A stretch of DNA of 63,090 nt, filler included, from Octopus bimaculoides (lineage: Eukaryota): NCBI RefSeq assembly GCF_001194135.2. It is 3 parts of 3 records of this genome, joined end to end, with 100 filler letters (N's around TTAATTAATTAA, not from the genome) between each part and the next. Parts side by side here need not be neighbours in the genome. Positions count along the whole stretch, not along the records: positions 34,009 to 63,090 come from NC_068988.1; 2 more parts are not named here. One strand, written 5' to 3'. The notes beneath the pieces were generated by a model. That model made no database searches, was not told the DNA's origin, and saw only the letters and a list, made by a program, of their open reading frames with translations. Below are positions 37,140 through 50,287 of this stretch, piece by piece. Position 1 is the stretch's first letter. Each line of letters starts with the position of its first letter. A program made the position numbers and the translations under genes.

Positions 37140-40099
37140 NNNNNNNNNNNNNNNNNNNNNNNNNNNNNNNNNNNNNNNNNNNNNNNNNNNNNNNNNNNNN
37201 NNNNNNNNNNNNNNNNNNNNNNNNNNNNNNNNNNNNNNNNNNNNNNNNNNNNNNNNNNNNNNNNNNNNNNNNNNNNNNNNNNNNNNNNNNNNNNNNNNNN
37301 NNNNNNNNNNNNNNNNNNNNNNNNNNNNNNNNNNNNNNNNNNNNNNNNNNNNNNNNNNNNNNNNNNNNNNNNNNNNNNNNNNNNNNNNNNNNNNNNNNNN
37401 NNNNNNNNNNNNNNNNNNNNNNNNNNNNNNNNNNNNNNNNNNNNNNNNNNNNNNNNNNNNNNNNNNNNNNNNNNNNNNNNNNNNNNNNNNNNNNNNNNNN
37501 NNNNNNNNNNNNNNNNNNNNNNNNNNNNNNNNNNNNNNNNNNNNNNNNNNNNNNNNNNNNNNNNNNNNNNNNNNNNNNNNNNNNNNNNNNNNNNNNNNNN
37601 NNNNNNNNNNNNNNNNNNNNNNNNNNNNNNNNNNNNNNNNNNNNNNNNNNCCTGGCTGTGTTCGTGCTTGTGTGTTTTTGAGTGCGTATGCATTGACCAC
37701 CCGTGACCTCTTTAAGGCTTCGGTTTTTTTTTTGTTCCACGTCCGTTAGGCTTGAAATCGCTTATATGTGTGAGCGGACGTGTGCCTGTGCATATCTGTG
37801 TGTGAACGTGGGAGAGTGTGAGTGGATGCATGTGTAGTTATGTGTGCTTGTGTGTAAGTATGTCTGTGTTTGGTCATGCGTGTGTGCCGCCCGGGTACAC
37901 GTCTGCGTGCGACTGTGAATATGTATGGATGTTTATTGGAATATAGGTGTGCCGAGTTGAGTTAGTATCATACTCTTTTCGAAACACCCGAGAGACTTTG
38001 TTCTGGTAAATAAGACATTATCAGTATTGAGTACCAAATATGAATAGGAAGTAGTAGAACCACAGTATCACTATTACTACTTGCGCAATATATATACGGT
38101 GAAGTGCGTGAATGTGGATGTGGGTGTAGATACAGGAATGTATGTAAGTGTGTACATGTGTATATGTATATGTATATGTAGGTGGATGTAGGTATGCACA
38201 TACCTGTACGTATATATGCATATACTCATTTAAAATTTGTTTGTACATGACCGAACGCCAGCGTTACCAATTTTGTAAGTAGTTATCTGAACTTTATATT
38301 TTCTGACGCTACTCTATCTCTTTCTCTATCATTTTCCCCCCTTTCTTTCTTCCTCTGTTTACTACTACGTATCTCTCTTTACCCTCTCGTTCTTCCTCTG
38401 TTACTACTACGTATCTCTTCCCCCCTCGTACTTCTTCTCTTCCTCTTTCCCTCTCGTTGTTCCCCTATTCTTCCACTTCCTCCCTTTGTTTCTCCCTCTA
38501 CCACTCTCTCTCTCTCTCCCCCTTACACCGGCATGGTCACATGCTTCCGGTCAATAATCCTTTTCTTCCTTGGCTATCACCGAGCAAACACGCGAACTAA
38601 CTTCGTCCCCACTTTCAAGTTCGTGCCTCACAGCGTTCATACACACATAATTTTTCCCGTCTGGCCGTATAGCCTTTTCCGTTTGTTTTCCTGTCTTGGT
38701 TTTTTGTCCGCCACTACAGTCCTCCATGGCACAGGTTCAATTTGTGTATACAAATTTAATTTGCGGTNNNNNNNNNNNNNNNNNNNNNNNNNNNNNNNNN
38801 NNNNNNNNNNNNNNNNNNNNNNNNNNNNNNNNNNNNNNNNNNNNNNNNNNNNNNNNNNNNNNNNNNNNNNNNNNNNNNNNNNNNNNNNNNNNNNNNNNNN
38901 NNNNNNNNNNNNNNNNNNNNNNNNNNNNNNNNNNNNNNNNNNNNNNNNNNNNNNNNNNNNNNNNNNNNNNNNNNNNNNNNNNNNNNNNNNNNNNNNNNNN
39001 NNNNNNNNNNNNNNNNNNNNNNNNNNNNNNNNNNNNNNNNNNNNNNNNNNNNNNNNNNNNNNNNNNNNNNNNNNNNNNNNNNNNNNNNNNNNNNNNNNNN
39101 NNNNNNNNNNNNNNNNNNNNATATATATATATATAATATGTGACAATTATTCGGTAGGCATGATAAAAAACCGATTTTTGGATGTCGGGCGGGAAACCCA
39201 CGGCGGCATCTCTTCAGTTATCGGGCCATCAAAAATAAATGCTATGAAAATGATCATTAAACAAAGGCACAGAATTGTGCTATTGACCGTTACTAAGACA
39301 AAAGAGCTAGTAGAATGACTGCTATGTAAGAGGAGGGAGTAAAAATGTTCATAGCCATTGCGTAAGCGCGCATGTCCATGCATATACATGTGCGCCCGCA
39401 CACCCACATACATGTGCCGCTATGTATATACTCATCCACCCTCACTTGAAACAGACACATATGCTCACCCACACATTCGCCAAAACAATATATGCATACC
39501 CACGTACACGGTCACACATACGCGTGCAGAAAAAAGGTTCACACACACACGTCTATATACGCACATGCACAAGAAAAAACAGGGCTAATGTCAAAATACA
39601 GAAAAAAGTGTGAAAACGTGTAAAATATAGGCAATAAGAATAAAAGGTAAAGGACTAAATATGCTCATGACGAACGCGTAGGCGCCAATGTCCATACATA
39701 CACAAGCTATCAGCGATACAACATCGGGATTACCCCAAAATTCATACAGAAAAAGGAAAAATATCCACCCGCAGGATAGACATTGCAGCCTTTTCCCCAT
39801 AAGGATTTACCAACGAAACTTTAGCTCCAACAATCTACTAAACAACCATGCACAACAAACCCGTATCACACGCAATAATTAGCAACGACGGCCCCCTAAA
39901 ATACAACATCCGAGCATGGGACATCGGGACACACCTTTCCATACCGTTCCAAGAAACCGCAACATATATCACAACAGGGCAACCCGCAACAATAAGGAAG
40001 AGTTACATAACAGCTACAGTCCCAATCACCTCAATTGTTTTCTAGATCCAATACGCAAGCAGAGTCACAAGGTAGCACCAAGCAGACAGGAGAAACCAA

Positions 40100-41030
40100 A
40101 AGTGATAAAAATTATCAATCTAACTCACAAAGAACTAACAGCAAACCAAATCAACATACTCTCCAAAGGGTTCAAGTTTTCACCTCACAAAGCCCCCACT
40201 ACAACGAAATGAAAGAAGGCATCAAGGAATTCTGTAGAAAATTAGGACTCGTTGAAGAGCTATACAGCGAGGACGAATCCTTAGTACCTAATAGAAGTAA
40301 CTCAAAAGGTACGAACGAAACCCTTGATCATTTCTGCTAATACTTCTCGAATTACCCATATTAACATATACACAAACAAAAACACCATCCAAACTGCAGC
40401 AAAAAAGAATGCGCTGAGCTGAACAAATTAGAAGATAACAAAACAATAACAATCAAAGAAGCTGATAAAGGGAGTACAGTTGTCTTAATGGACACGGTGC
40501 ACTATGTAACTCTAGTACTATCCATATTAGAAGACACAACATATGAAAAGGCTCAAAGTTACAGTTAGCAGAATATATTGAGAAACCTAAAATCCATGTA
40601 AAATGTATACAGAGAAGGGCTCACCGATGAAGAATACGACTATAACACAAATTTCAAAATTAAAACCAATCAATTCTACGTTATTGTCAACAAAAACAAA
40701 AGTGAGAAAATAACTAACACATGCAAGAAAAGCCACAGACATAATAATAAAAGTCCCTACTCCTAATGACCTCAAACTGAAACCTATAATAGTAGGTCCT
40801 GCACGAGAAACCACCGCCTCAGTAACTTTTTAGATACCTTCTTAAAACCATTCCTCAAGCATGTCAAGTGTTACATAAGGGACGACCGGGATATGCTCAA
40901 TCACCTTCCTGAAACAATAAACAAAAACACCATTCTAGTATCCTTTGATGTAGTCAACCTCTATTCCAATATCCCTCACAACCTAGGAATAGAGGCAATT
41001 CAATTCTGTCTAGAGAATTACGTCAACGAA
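40100..41030 (+). pseudogene. Penelope-like element reverse transcriptase (N-terminal half)
   Basis: IINLTHKELTANQINILSKGFKF; TIKEADKGSTVVLMD (ADKG at 40461-40472); LKPIIVGP..HRLSNFLDTFLKPFL..YIRD; LVSFDVVNLYSNIPHNLGIEAI. These are PLE RT hallmarks; stops and frameshifts are present. Confidence 0.9.
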
Positions 41031-41038
41031 TTGTCTCG

Positions 41039-41089
41039 ACAGCCAGAGACAATATGATTTATTGTTTCTACTCCAACACAACATAATCT
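41039..41089 (-). pseudogene. R4/Dong-type LINE CCHC zinc-knuckle fragment
   Basis: The minus strand reads RLCCVGVETINHIVSGC, matching the CxxC..ETxxHIxSGC knuckle of REL-endonuclease LINEs. Confidence 0.6.
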
Positions 41090-41119
41090 TCTTCTTCTTC
41101 TTCTTCTTCTTCTTCTTCT

Positions 41120-41166
<47 letters not shown>

Positions 41167-42387
41167 TTCTTCTTCTTCTTCCGCTTCTTCTTCTCCTTCT
41201 TCTTCTTTTTCTTCTTCTTCTTTTTGCTTCTTCTTCTTCTTCTTCTTCTTCTTCTTCTTCTTCTTCTTCTTCTTTTTCTTCTTCTTCTTCTTCTTCTTCT
41301 TGTTCTTCTTTTTCTTCTTCTTTTTCTTTTTCTTTTTCTTCTTCTTCTTCTTCTGCTTCTTCTTCTTNNNNNNNNNNNNNNNNNNNNNNNNNNNNNNNNN
41401 NNNNNNNNNNNNNNNNNNNNNNNNNNNNNNNNNNNNNNNNNNNNNNNNNNNNNNNNNNNNNNNNNNNNNNNNNNNNNNNNNNNNNNNNNNNNNNNNNNNN
41501 NNNNNNNNNNNNNNNNNNNNNNNNNNNNNNNNNNNNNNNNNNNNNNNNNNNNNNNNNNNNNNNNNNNNNNNNNNNNNNNNNNNNNNNNNNNNNNNNNNNN
41601 NNNNNNNNNNNNNNNNNNNNNNNNNNNNNNNNNNNNNNNNNNNNNNNNNNNNNNNNNNNNNNNNNNNNNNNNNNNNNNNNNNNNNNNNNNNNNNNNNNNN
41701 NNNNNNNNNNNNNNNNNNNNNNNNNNNNNNNNNNNNNNNNNNNNNNNNNNNNNNNNNNNNNNNNNNNNNNNNNNNNNNNNNNNNNNNNNNNNNNNNNNNN
41801 NNNNNNNNNNNNNNNNNNNNNNNNNNNNNNNNNNNNNNNNNNNNNNNNNNNNNNNNNNNNNNNNNNNNNNNNNNNNNNNNNNNNNNNNNNNNNNNNNNNN
41901 NNNNNNNNNNNNNNNNNNNNNNNNNNNNNNNNNNNNNNNNNNNNNNNNNNNNNNNNNNNNNNNNNNNNNNNNNNNNNNNNNNNNNNNNNNNNNNNNNNNN
42001 NNNNNNNNNNNNNNNNNNNNNNNNNNNNNNNNNNNNNNNNNNNNNNNNNNNNNNNNNNNNNNNNNNNNNNNNNNNNNNNNNNNNNNNNNNNNNNNNNNNN
42101 NNNNNNNNNNNNNNNNNNNNNNNNNNNNNNNNNNNNNNNNNNNNNNNNNNNNNNNNNNNNNNNNNNNNNNNNNNNNNNNNNNNNNNNNNNNNNNNNNNNN
42201 NNNNNNNNNNNNNNNNNNNNNNNNNNNNNNNNNNNNNNNNNNNNNNNNNNNNNNNNNNNNNNNNNNNNNNNNNNNNNNNNNNNNNNNNNNNNNNNNNNNN
42301 NNNNNNNNNNNNNTTCTTCTTCTTCTTCTTCTTCTTCTTCTTCTTCTTCTTCTTCTTCTTCTTCTTCTTCTTCTTCTTCTTCTTCTT
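41088..42387. repeat. (CTT)n microsatellite spanning a 947-N gap
   Basis: CTT repeats at 41088-41367 and 42315-42387; source of the poly-E, R, K, F and L ORFs. Confidence 0.95.
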
Positions 42388-42389
42388 GA

Positions 42390-42750
42390 AAATAGCCCCC
42401 AAAATACACCCACTTCTAACTGCCGTCCACAATCTATTTGCCTTCTACAAACCCAGTGAAGAGGATCTAATGTAATTTATAAATGAAACACAGTAAATCC
42501 TCAACACACGCCAGCCACATACATCATCTCAAAAATAGAAATATTCCCAACATTTTGTCATGGTCTGTAACAGATTCAAGGTTTCCATAAAAAGGTCAAT
42601 GCTTAGCCTGTAAGTTATGCCTAAAGGAAGCATTCCACATATTAAAACACAACTCCTCGCCACTACTAAATAAATATAATAAGGCCCTGAGTACATCCAA
42701 CCACATTTTTTCCATATCTCCAAATTTTACCACAAATCTAAATGCAAGCT
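42390..42750 (+). pseudogene. Penelope-like element GIY-YIG endonuclease remnant
   Basis: In frame NCRPQSICLLQTQ*RGSNVIYK*NTVNPQHTPATYI (CNCR..CPL...NVIY..YIG pattern), then LSWSV..CKLCLKEAFHILK..LLNK (PLE C-terminal CxLCLxE..LNK). Confidence 0.75.
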
Positions 42751-42973
42751 AAATAACTACACGGCATATATTCACAATACCCCTTAGGTCATACTCAACA
42801 GGCCTACTTCACTCTCTTTTATCTCCATTTCATTTTTAATCTTTAATTTTTTAACAAGCCTATCTTACTTTGAGGATCCCAGTCATTTAATAGTACATGT
42901 ATGGACATACAAGCGGATATATGTGTGTAAATGTGTGTGCATGCATTTTTATATATATGTATATGTATGAGGG

Positions 42974-43015
<42 letters not shown>

Positions 43016-43804
43016 TATGTATATGCATATATGTGTGTGTATATATGTACGTGCATATATATATACAAATATATATGAGTGTGTGTATGTGTATATATGT
43101 ATATTTAAGTACCTGTATCCCCTCACATTATCTTGACCGCCAGCTACACTCCTTTTCTCACTTCTTTCACCCGTTCATTCCCCTTTTGCACTCATTTCAC
43201 TCTTTTTTCTTTCTCTTCATTTTTTTATATTTTTTAATTAAAAAAAAACTGTTCTTTCTCTCATTTTCTCTTCCTGTCTGAATAACCCTACAATATAGCA
43301 GTATTTAACTATAGTACTACATGATAATATTTCCCCTGTTTCATTATCAATAGTTTCGTAGTGGCCAATCCACTAGATTCTCAGCTAACATCTTGATTTA
43401 AGTTTTCCTCTACCAAATCCCATGATATTACTTCAAATAAATCTTGATTTTTATGACTATACACGCTATGATTTCTGTCGACTTCCTAAGCCCTATGTCT
43501 AACAGACCCAGCCTTAGATATACAAGGATTTGATAAAACTAGTCTATAAATTAAAACTGACCCCATATAAAAGTGACAAGCAAAATCTGTAACAAGTTTT
43601 TCTTCCTGATAACTTAGTAGCTTTTTAAGTGGAAAGAAGGGCAACAATATTCTTTGTCTATCTCTTTAACTTCTTGGAGATTTTCGGCAAAATTATACTA
43701 ATGTGTCCATCTGTTTTAATTTAATTAAATTCTATGTCTTTGTGCAGCTGAGTATTGCTCTGCATTTAAATTGATGTAATGGCTGCGTTGTTCAATTAAA
43801 TGGA

Positions 43805-43840
<36 letters not shown>

Positions 43841-44140
43841 TTTACTTCAATGTTTATCGTCTGAAAAGTTTGAGTCTATCTTTTCTTTTTTTCATGAATA
43901 CATGCGTATGTATATATCGTATATCGGAACCCAAGGTTGTATCTCTTTATTTCAATCATTGTCTTCATCATCACCAATCTTTATCCTGCTGATTTGGTCC
44001 GCATTAACATATCAAAGTGTAAGACCAAGTTATTTAAGCGCTGCAATGTTTTTTCTACACGCGCGCACGCGCGCGCACACACACACGCACAAACACACAC
44101 ACATACACACACACACACGCATGAATACACACATATATTA

Positions 44141-44300
44141 GCGGTGGCGTGGTTGCGTGATAAGAAACTTGCTTCCCAACCAAATGGTTCCAGGTTCAGT
44201 ACAATTGCATGGCTCGTTGGGTGTCTTTTACTATAGACTCGAGGCGAACAAGGCCTGGTGAGTGGGTTTGGTAGAGAGAAATTGAAAGAAACCCGTCGTG
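44141..44300 (+). mobile_element. SINE family A head
   Basis: gcggtggcgtggttgcgtgataagaaacttgcttcccaacc...gtgagtgggtttggtagagagaaattgaaagaaacccgtcg. Confidence 0.8.
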
Positions 44301-46051
44301 TNNNNNNNNNNNNNNNNNNNNNNNNNNNNNNNNNNNNNNNNNNNNNNNNNNNNNNNNNNNNNNNNNNNNNNNNNNNNNNNNNNNNNNNNNNNNNNNNNNN
44401 NNNNNNNNNNNNNNNNNNNNNNNNNNNNNNNNNNNNNNNNNNNNNNNNNNNNNNNNNNNNNNNNNNNNNNNNNNNNNNNNNNNNNNNNNNNNNNNNNNNN
44501 NNNNNNNNNNNNNNNNNNNNNNNNNNNNNNNNNNNNNNNNNNNNNNNNNNNNNNNNNNNNNNNNNNNNNNNATATATATATATATATATATATACATACA
44601 TATATATGTATGTGTTTGTATATACATAGAGAGAGAAAATCGCTGGCAGAGAAGGTGAGAGACAGATGGAGAGAGAAAGATAATGCGTAGATATATATAT
44701 ATATATATATTCTATTGGAATCCTTGAAATAACCTTCAGGGCATTCTATTTGATATCTTATTATTTTTAGATTATTAATTTCAAATAAATACATTTCCTT
44801 ACATTCTAAATTTCTTATCTGTTAATTATTTTGTCGATTGTGCTGTGATTAAAAAATTTCAATATATAGGTAATTGACCATTTATACCTTTTTTTTTTCT
44901 CTGAAATGCTCACCTAACACCCGGAACTAAAATATATTTGTTGCACAAAATGCGTAAATAAATAATGCATAATCTGCAAGGTAAATAACTTTCGGTACAC
45001 TTGCATTGTTAATTAATTTCCAAGTGTAACTATTACGATTTTATAAGCCACAGACTCACACGCAGAAACATAAAACACAGCGAAACACACACACATGAAC
45101 ACACTAACACAGACGAGCACACACAGAGACGCACAAACATACGTGTGTGTGCTCTTTTGTGTTTAGTGTATAATCATATATATATAGATAAATAGATTGA
45201 TTTCGGTATATATATATATATATNNNNNNNNNNNNNNNNNNNNNNNNNNNNNNNNNNNNNNNNNNNNNNNNNNNNNNNNNNNNNNNNNNNNNNNNNNNNN
45301 NNNNNNNNNNNNNNNNNNNNNNNNNNNNNNNNNNNNNNNNNNNNNNNNNNNNNNNNNNNNNNNNNNNNNNNNNNNNNNNNNNNNNNNNNNNNNNNNNNNN
45401 NNNNNNNNNNNNNNNNNNNNNNNNNNNNNNNNNNNNNNNNNNNNNNNNNNNNNNNNNNNNNNNNNNNNNNNNNNNNNNNNNNNNNNNNNNNNNNNNNNNN
45501 NNNNNNNNNNNNNNNNNNNNNNNNNNNNNNNNNNNNNNNNNNNNNNNNNNNNNNNNNNNNNNNNNNNNNNNNNNNNNNNNNNNNNNNNNNNNNNNNNNNN
45601 NNNNNNNNNNNNNNNNNNNNNNNNNNNNNNNNNNNNNNNNNNNNNNNNNNNNNNNNNNNNNNNNNNNNNNNNNNNNNNNNNNNNNNNNNNNNNNNNNNNN
45701 NNNNNNNNNNNNNNNNNNNNNNNNNNNNNNNNNNNNNNNNNNNNNNNNNNNNNNNNNNNNNNNNNNNNNNNNNNNNNNNNNNNNNNNNNNNNNNNNNNNN
45801 NNNNNNNNNNNNNNNNNNNNNNNNNNNNNNNNNNNNNNNNNNNNNNNNNNNNNNNNNNNNNNNNNNNNNNNNNNNNNNNNNNNNNNNNNNNNNNNNNNNN
45901 NNNNNNNNNNNNNNNNNNNNNNNNNNNNNNNNNNNNNNNNNNNNNNNNNNNNNNNNNNNNNNNNNNNNNNNNNNNNNNNNNNNNNNNNNNNNNNNNNNNN
46001 NNNNNNNNNNNNNNNNNNNNNNNNNNNNNNNNNNNNNNNNNNNNNNNNNNN

Positions 46052-46102
<51 letters not shown>

Positions 46103-47156
46103 CATGCATTTGTATATGAACGCGTAATTAAAGTTATACATTTATGTGAGTGTTTGCACACATATAACTATGATATAATATTGTTTAAAATGTCTGTATG
46201 TAGTTGGTTTTCTCGATAATGAGACGCATGGCTAGATAAAAATCATATTGCAATAACATCATGTAGTAATAGATACGAATACACACTATCTCGGTCACCT
46301 ATTCCGAACCAAAATTACTATGGCTGATCAATCATTATTTCTTCATAGGTTTGTTATAAAATTACCTCGGAAGAGAACATAGCTAATTCTTTTTTTGTAT
46401 TTTTATTAACCACTGTAATGAAAGTCTTGGAAATAATAGACAATATAATGTTATTTATTACTTAAATACGAAATCAACGTATGCCAAAACTTTTACATTA
46501 GAACCAATTAATTTTACGTGTATAAAGGTTTGAAGAATCGGTAACAGCTATTAATATCTTCTTGATGCTTCATTATATTTTGTAGAAAATAGAAAAGTGA
46601 TTAAAGATAAAGTTAGAAAAATAAACATTAACGTGCAATTACATTTAATTACTGGATTTTATTATAGAAGTGCTCTTAATTCGTGTTGGATTTCTATTCA
46701 TCATTTCGTGTATTTAACAATTGCGTGAGTGCGTTTATNNNNNNNNNNNNNNNNNNNNNNNNNNNNNNNNNNNNNNNNNNNNNNNNNNNNNNNNNNNNNN
46801 NNNNNNNNNNNNNNNNNNNNNNNNNNNNNNNNNNNNNNNNNNNNNNNNNNNNNNNNNNNNNNNNNNNNNNNNNNNNNNNNNNNNNNNNNNNNNNNNNNNN
46901 NNNNNNNNNNNNNNNNNNNNNNNNNNNNNNNNNNNNNNNNNNNNNNNNNNNNNNNNNNNNNNNNNNNNNNNNNNNNNNNNNNNNNNNNNNNNNNNNNNNN
47001 NNNNNNNNNNNNNNNNNNNNNNNNNNNNNNNNNNNNNNNNNNNNNNNNNNNNNNNNNNNNNNNNNNNNNNNNNNNNNNNNNNNNNNNNNNNNNNNNNNNN
47101 NNNNNNNNNNNNNNNNNNNNNNNNNNNNNNNNNNNNNNNNNNNNNNNNNNNNNNNN

Positions 47157-47188
<32 letters not shown>

Positions 47189-48754
47189 TCATGCGTCTGT
47201 TCTGTGATGATTCCAGTATTTAAAACACCATTTCACCTTCTTTCTCTATGGACTGAATGAAAATCATCGTCATGAATATCATCAACATTCCCAGCAAAAT
47301 ATTTAATAAAATAGATATATGATTTTAATACTTGTTGGTTTTAATGGAATGAGAAAGTATTAGGAAAGTGATTTTCATTGTGACCTGATCCTCATAAAAT
47401 TATTCTGCCTCTATGACACGAAAATTTCATATAATAAATCTGATTGATTATATTTTTGAGTCAATGCTAATATTGGTTACTAGGTTCTCTGTTGGCTTGC
47501 CTCTATTTTTAAACATTTATATTTCATCTTGTTTTATTTTATTTGAAAAAGACACAGTTTGAGAATTGCAGTGAATGTTACTGCATTCGGCTCCGTAGTA
47601 AAACCATGTACAGAAAGAGAAACAGCAACAAAAAAATTTAAAAACTACAAGTAGCGATAATATTTTAAAATGTGAAGTCAAGTTGAAATTTAATTACTGT
47701 CATAGAGATAGCCGTAAAAATGTCAATAAGATTTATTATTGTTGTTGATTTGTGGTATTTTTCAAACAACACATCTCTTTATATTTTAAGTTACTTCTTT
47801 TTCAAATGTGTTTTGTATTCCACCAACAATAAAATGTTGAGGTACTGGGCGGTGCAATTTACAGCTTTACATTGCAATCCTAATATTGTACTGAGAAGCA
47901 GGTGACAACGATCACGTTAAAGTCTTTCGAAAATTAAATATTAATTTTTTTCTCCTCTTTCAGTAATGTAGTACTCTATAACTTTCAATGTTACTTGCAA
48001 CTCGATAACTACAGAGACGTCAACATGATTTAGAAAGTTGATTTTTCTCAATATAATTTCTATTTCCCTTTAATTAGTTTTGAACAATTTTAATGATGGA
48101 AATGTTTGTTAAAAGAGCTTGAAACGAGAACAAAAACAAAATAGATATGCAAGTCTAATATTTGTGCATATTTTGAGAAGGTAGATTCTTTTACAATTTT
48201 CTTTCTATTTTATTTATTCTGAAAAATTTAATTTGTAAACGAAGATATTGGTTCAAGTACAAATGGCTGAATTTGAAAAACAGGTAAAAAAAAAAAGGAT
48301 ATGTTTTGATGGTTGAGTATATTACGGGAAGATATTTATACCCAGCTAATATTTGTGCAACGAAATATGCATCCAAGAAGCAATAAAGTAATTTTGAGAA
48401 ATGTTCGTATGTCTATCTGTTGTTTTCTTCCCCCACCATCTAACATTTTTAATTTTAGGGGTATACTGTGGCTAGATATACATGCTATATGCTTGCAAGA
48501 TGAACACACAGATGCACACACACCAGTAAAAAACACAAGCTCACATATAAAAAGAAAGAGAGACCATGAGTCGCATATTTGTGTATATTTGTGGTGTGTG
48601 TGTACAGAAAGATAGGGAAATTTGGAGCATGGAAGCGTAGGGGTCAACTATAAAGGAAAACACTATCACAAGGACATGACACTCTACATTTAGTTTCCTC
48701 TTTAAAATTCACAAACTCTGTGTTTTTTTGTTTCTACAAAGTATAATCCACAGG

Positions 48755-48863
48755 TTCAGGTGCAGCTGTGTGGTGAGAAGTTTGTTTCTCAGTCTTATGA
48801 TTCCCGATTCAGTCCTACTCCTTGGGATAAGTTAGACGGAAATTGAAGGAATCCCGTCGGCTG

Positions 48864-48865
<2 letters not shown>
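48755..48865 (+). mobile_element. SINE family A head, internally deleted
   Basis: gcagctgtgtggtgagaagtttg...ttagacggaaattgaaggaatcccgtc followed by (TA)n. Confidence 0.6.
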
Positions 48866-48918
<53 letters not shown>

Positions 48919-50287
48919 ATGTATGTATATGTGTGTGTGTAACTATGTGTTTCTGAGTCTATCAGTTTCCCTGCGTAGATGTGTTTATATAAATTTATCA
49001 AAACGTTACTGGAATTGAGGCGGATGTCAGAAATATTTGTCTGTGTGTATGTGTGCATATAGGTATACATGCATAGATGCATACATATATACAAGCAAAT
49101 ATACAGGCATACACGCACATACACATACGCCCATATATATATATATATATATATATTATACATTAAAGGCTATGCATACAACTTTAATATATACTTTGAA
49201 TTGAATATGAATAAATGAATTACTCAAACCTCAAGTACGTTTATGAATGTAGAATGCACTGTTTCGTTGACGTGCAGTTTATACACCTTTAATCGCTATA
49301 TAATATATATAGACCATTCTGTTTCGTAACAAAGAGCTTTCTGATTGGAATGAATACCAAAAAGAGACAAGAAATCAGAAATATTCTTCCTATTCCTCAA
49401 CAGGGTCAGTTAAACTCTGATGTGTATCCATATTGCATTTAGAGCGAGCTTTTGGTTTATATTATATTTAATGGCATATCTTTTATTCAGAATTTTTTGA
49501 AGTCGATTTTGTTTCAATTAATGAATATAACATCATTTCAATCTTGTTTTTTTCTGTACAATTAGAATGACAGGTTGAGCTGTTCCATTTCATATACATA
49601 TTAAATGCTAACCACCATACTTGGAACAGAAGTGGGTGATATTTTACATAATGATTATCTAATTGGTCCAGGAACTACTTAGATCTATACCATTTTTTAT
49701 GTGCATCGAAATAAATACTACTTTTTATATTTTTCCAGAGAAAGCGTTCAGTTCAACAAATTAATCAGGAATGCTTTCCTGGAATATTGAGAGATTTAGA
49801 AAACATGGTTGAAATTTAGAACCTTTGGCTATTCAGGAAATTCTTTGCATTATTTTTACTGCACAAGGCTCTCCTTTCTAATATATATGAGTTCATTTAT
49901 GCCATTAGCCGAGCATGTGCTATGGTGTAGCATGTGTCATTCAATATCCAAATCCATTTTCATTAGAAACATTGTAATGCTTATGAGATACATATAAAAT
50001 CTTCCTAACTGCACACAGCTAAACAAGAATTCATGCCTACACTATCAATCAATTACTGTCGAAATAATAACATATACAATAATAATAAACTCTGGAATAC
50101 AAACCGAGAACGTTGAGCATTGGAAATATATTGGAGTAAAGGAGTAAATATTGAAACAACGCTATTTTAATCTTTCTTCGTCTGTCCGCAATGCTGAAAA
50201 TAACAACAGGAGCATTTTGTAGCATTAAATCTGGAACTTATACGAACACAAAACACTTTTTAATAAGGGTTTTCTGATTTTAATAAG

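Noticed and set aside
37950-38000. HHR relic (GAGT..ACTC..GAAAC) at a possible PLE 3' end
   Set aside because: No CUGANGA box and no valid cleavage triplet.
38500-38760. Relative of the 14765-15316 element
   Set aside because: Only patchy similarity by eye (gtcac.tg, caccgagc); it needs an alignment to support.
39660-39695. HHR relic (ATGACGA-ACGC gtag GCG) upstream of the PLE ORF
   Set aside because: No GAAA box and no helix I or III; too degenerate to call.
49739-49820. Exon after a strong acceptor (RKRSVQQINQECFPGILRDLENMVEI*)
   Set aside because: No credible donor before the stop; cannot be distinguished from a chance pyrimidine tract.
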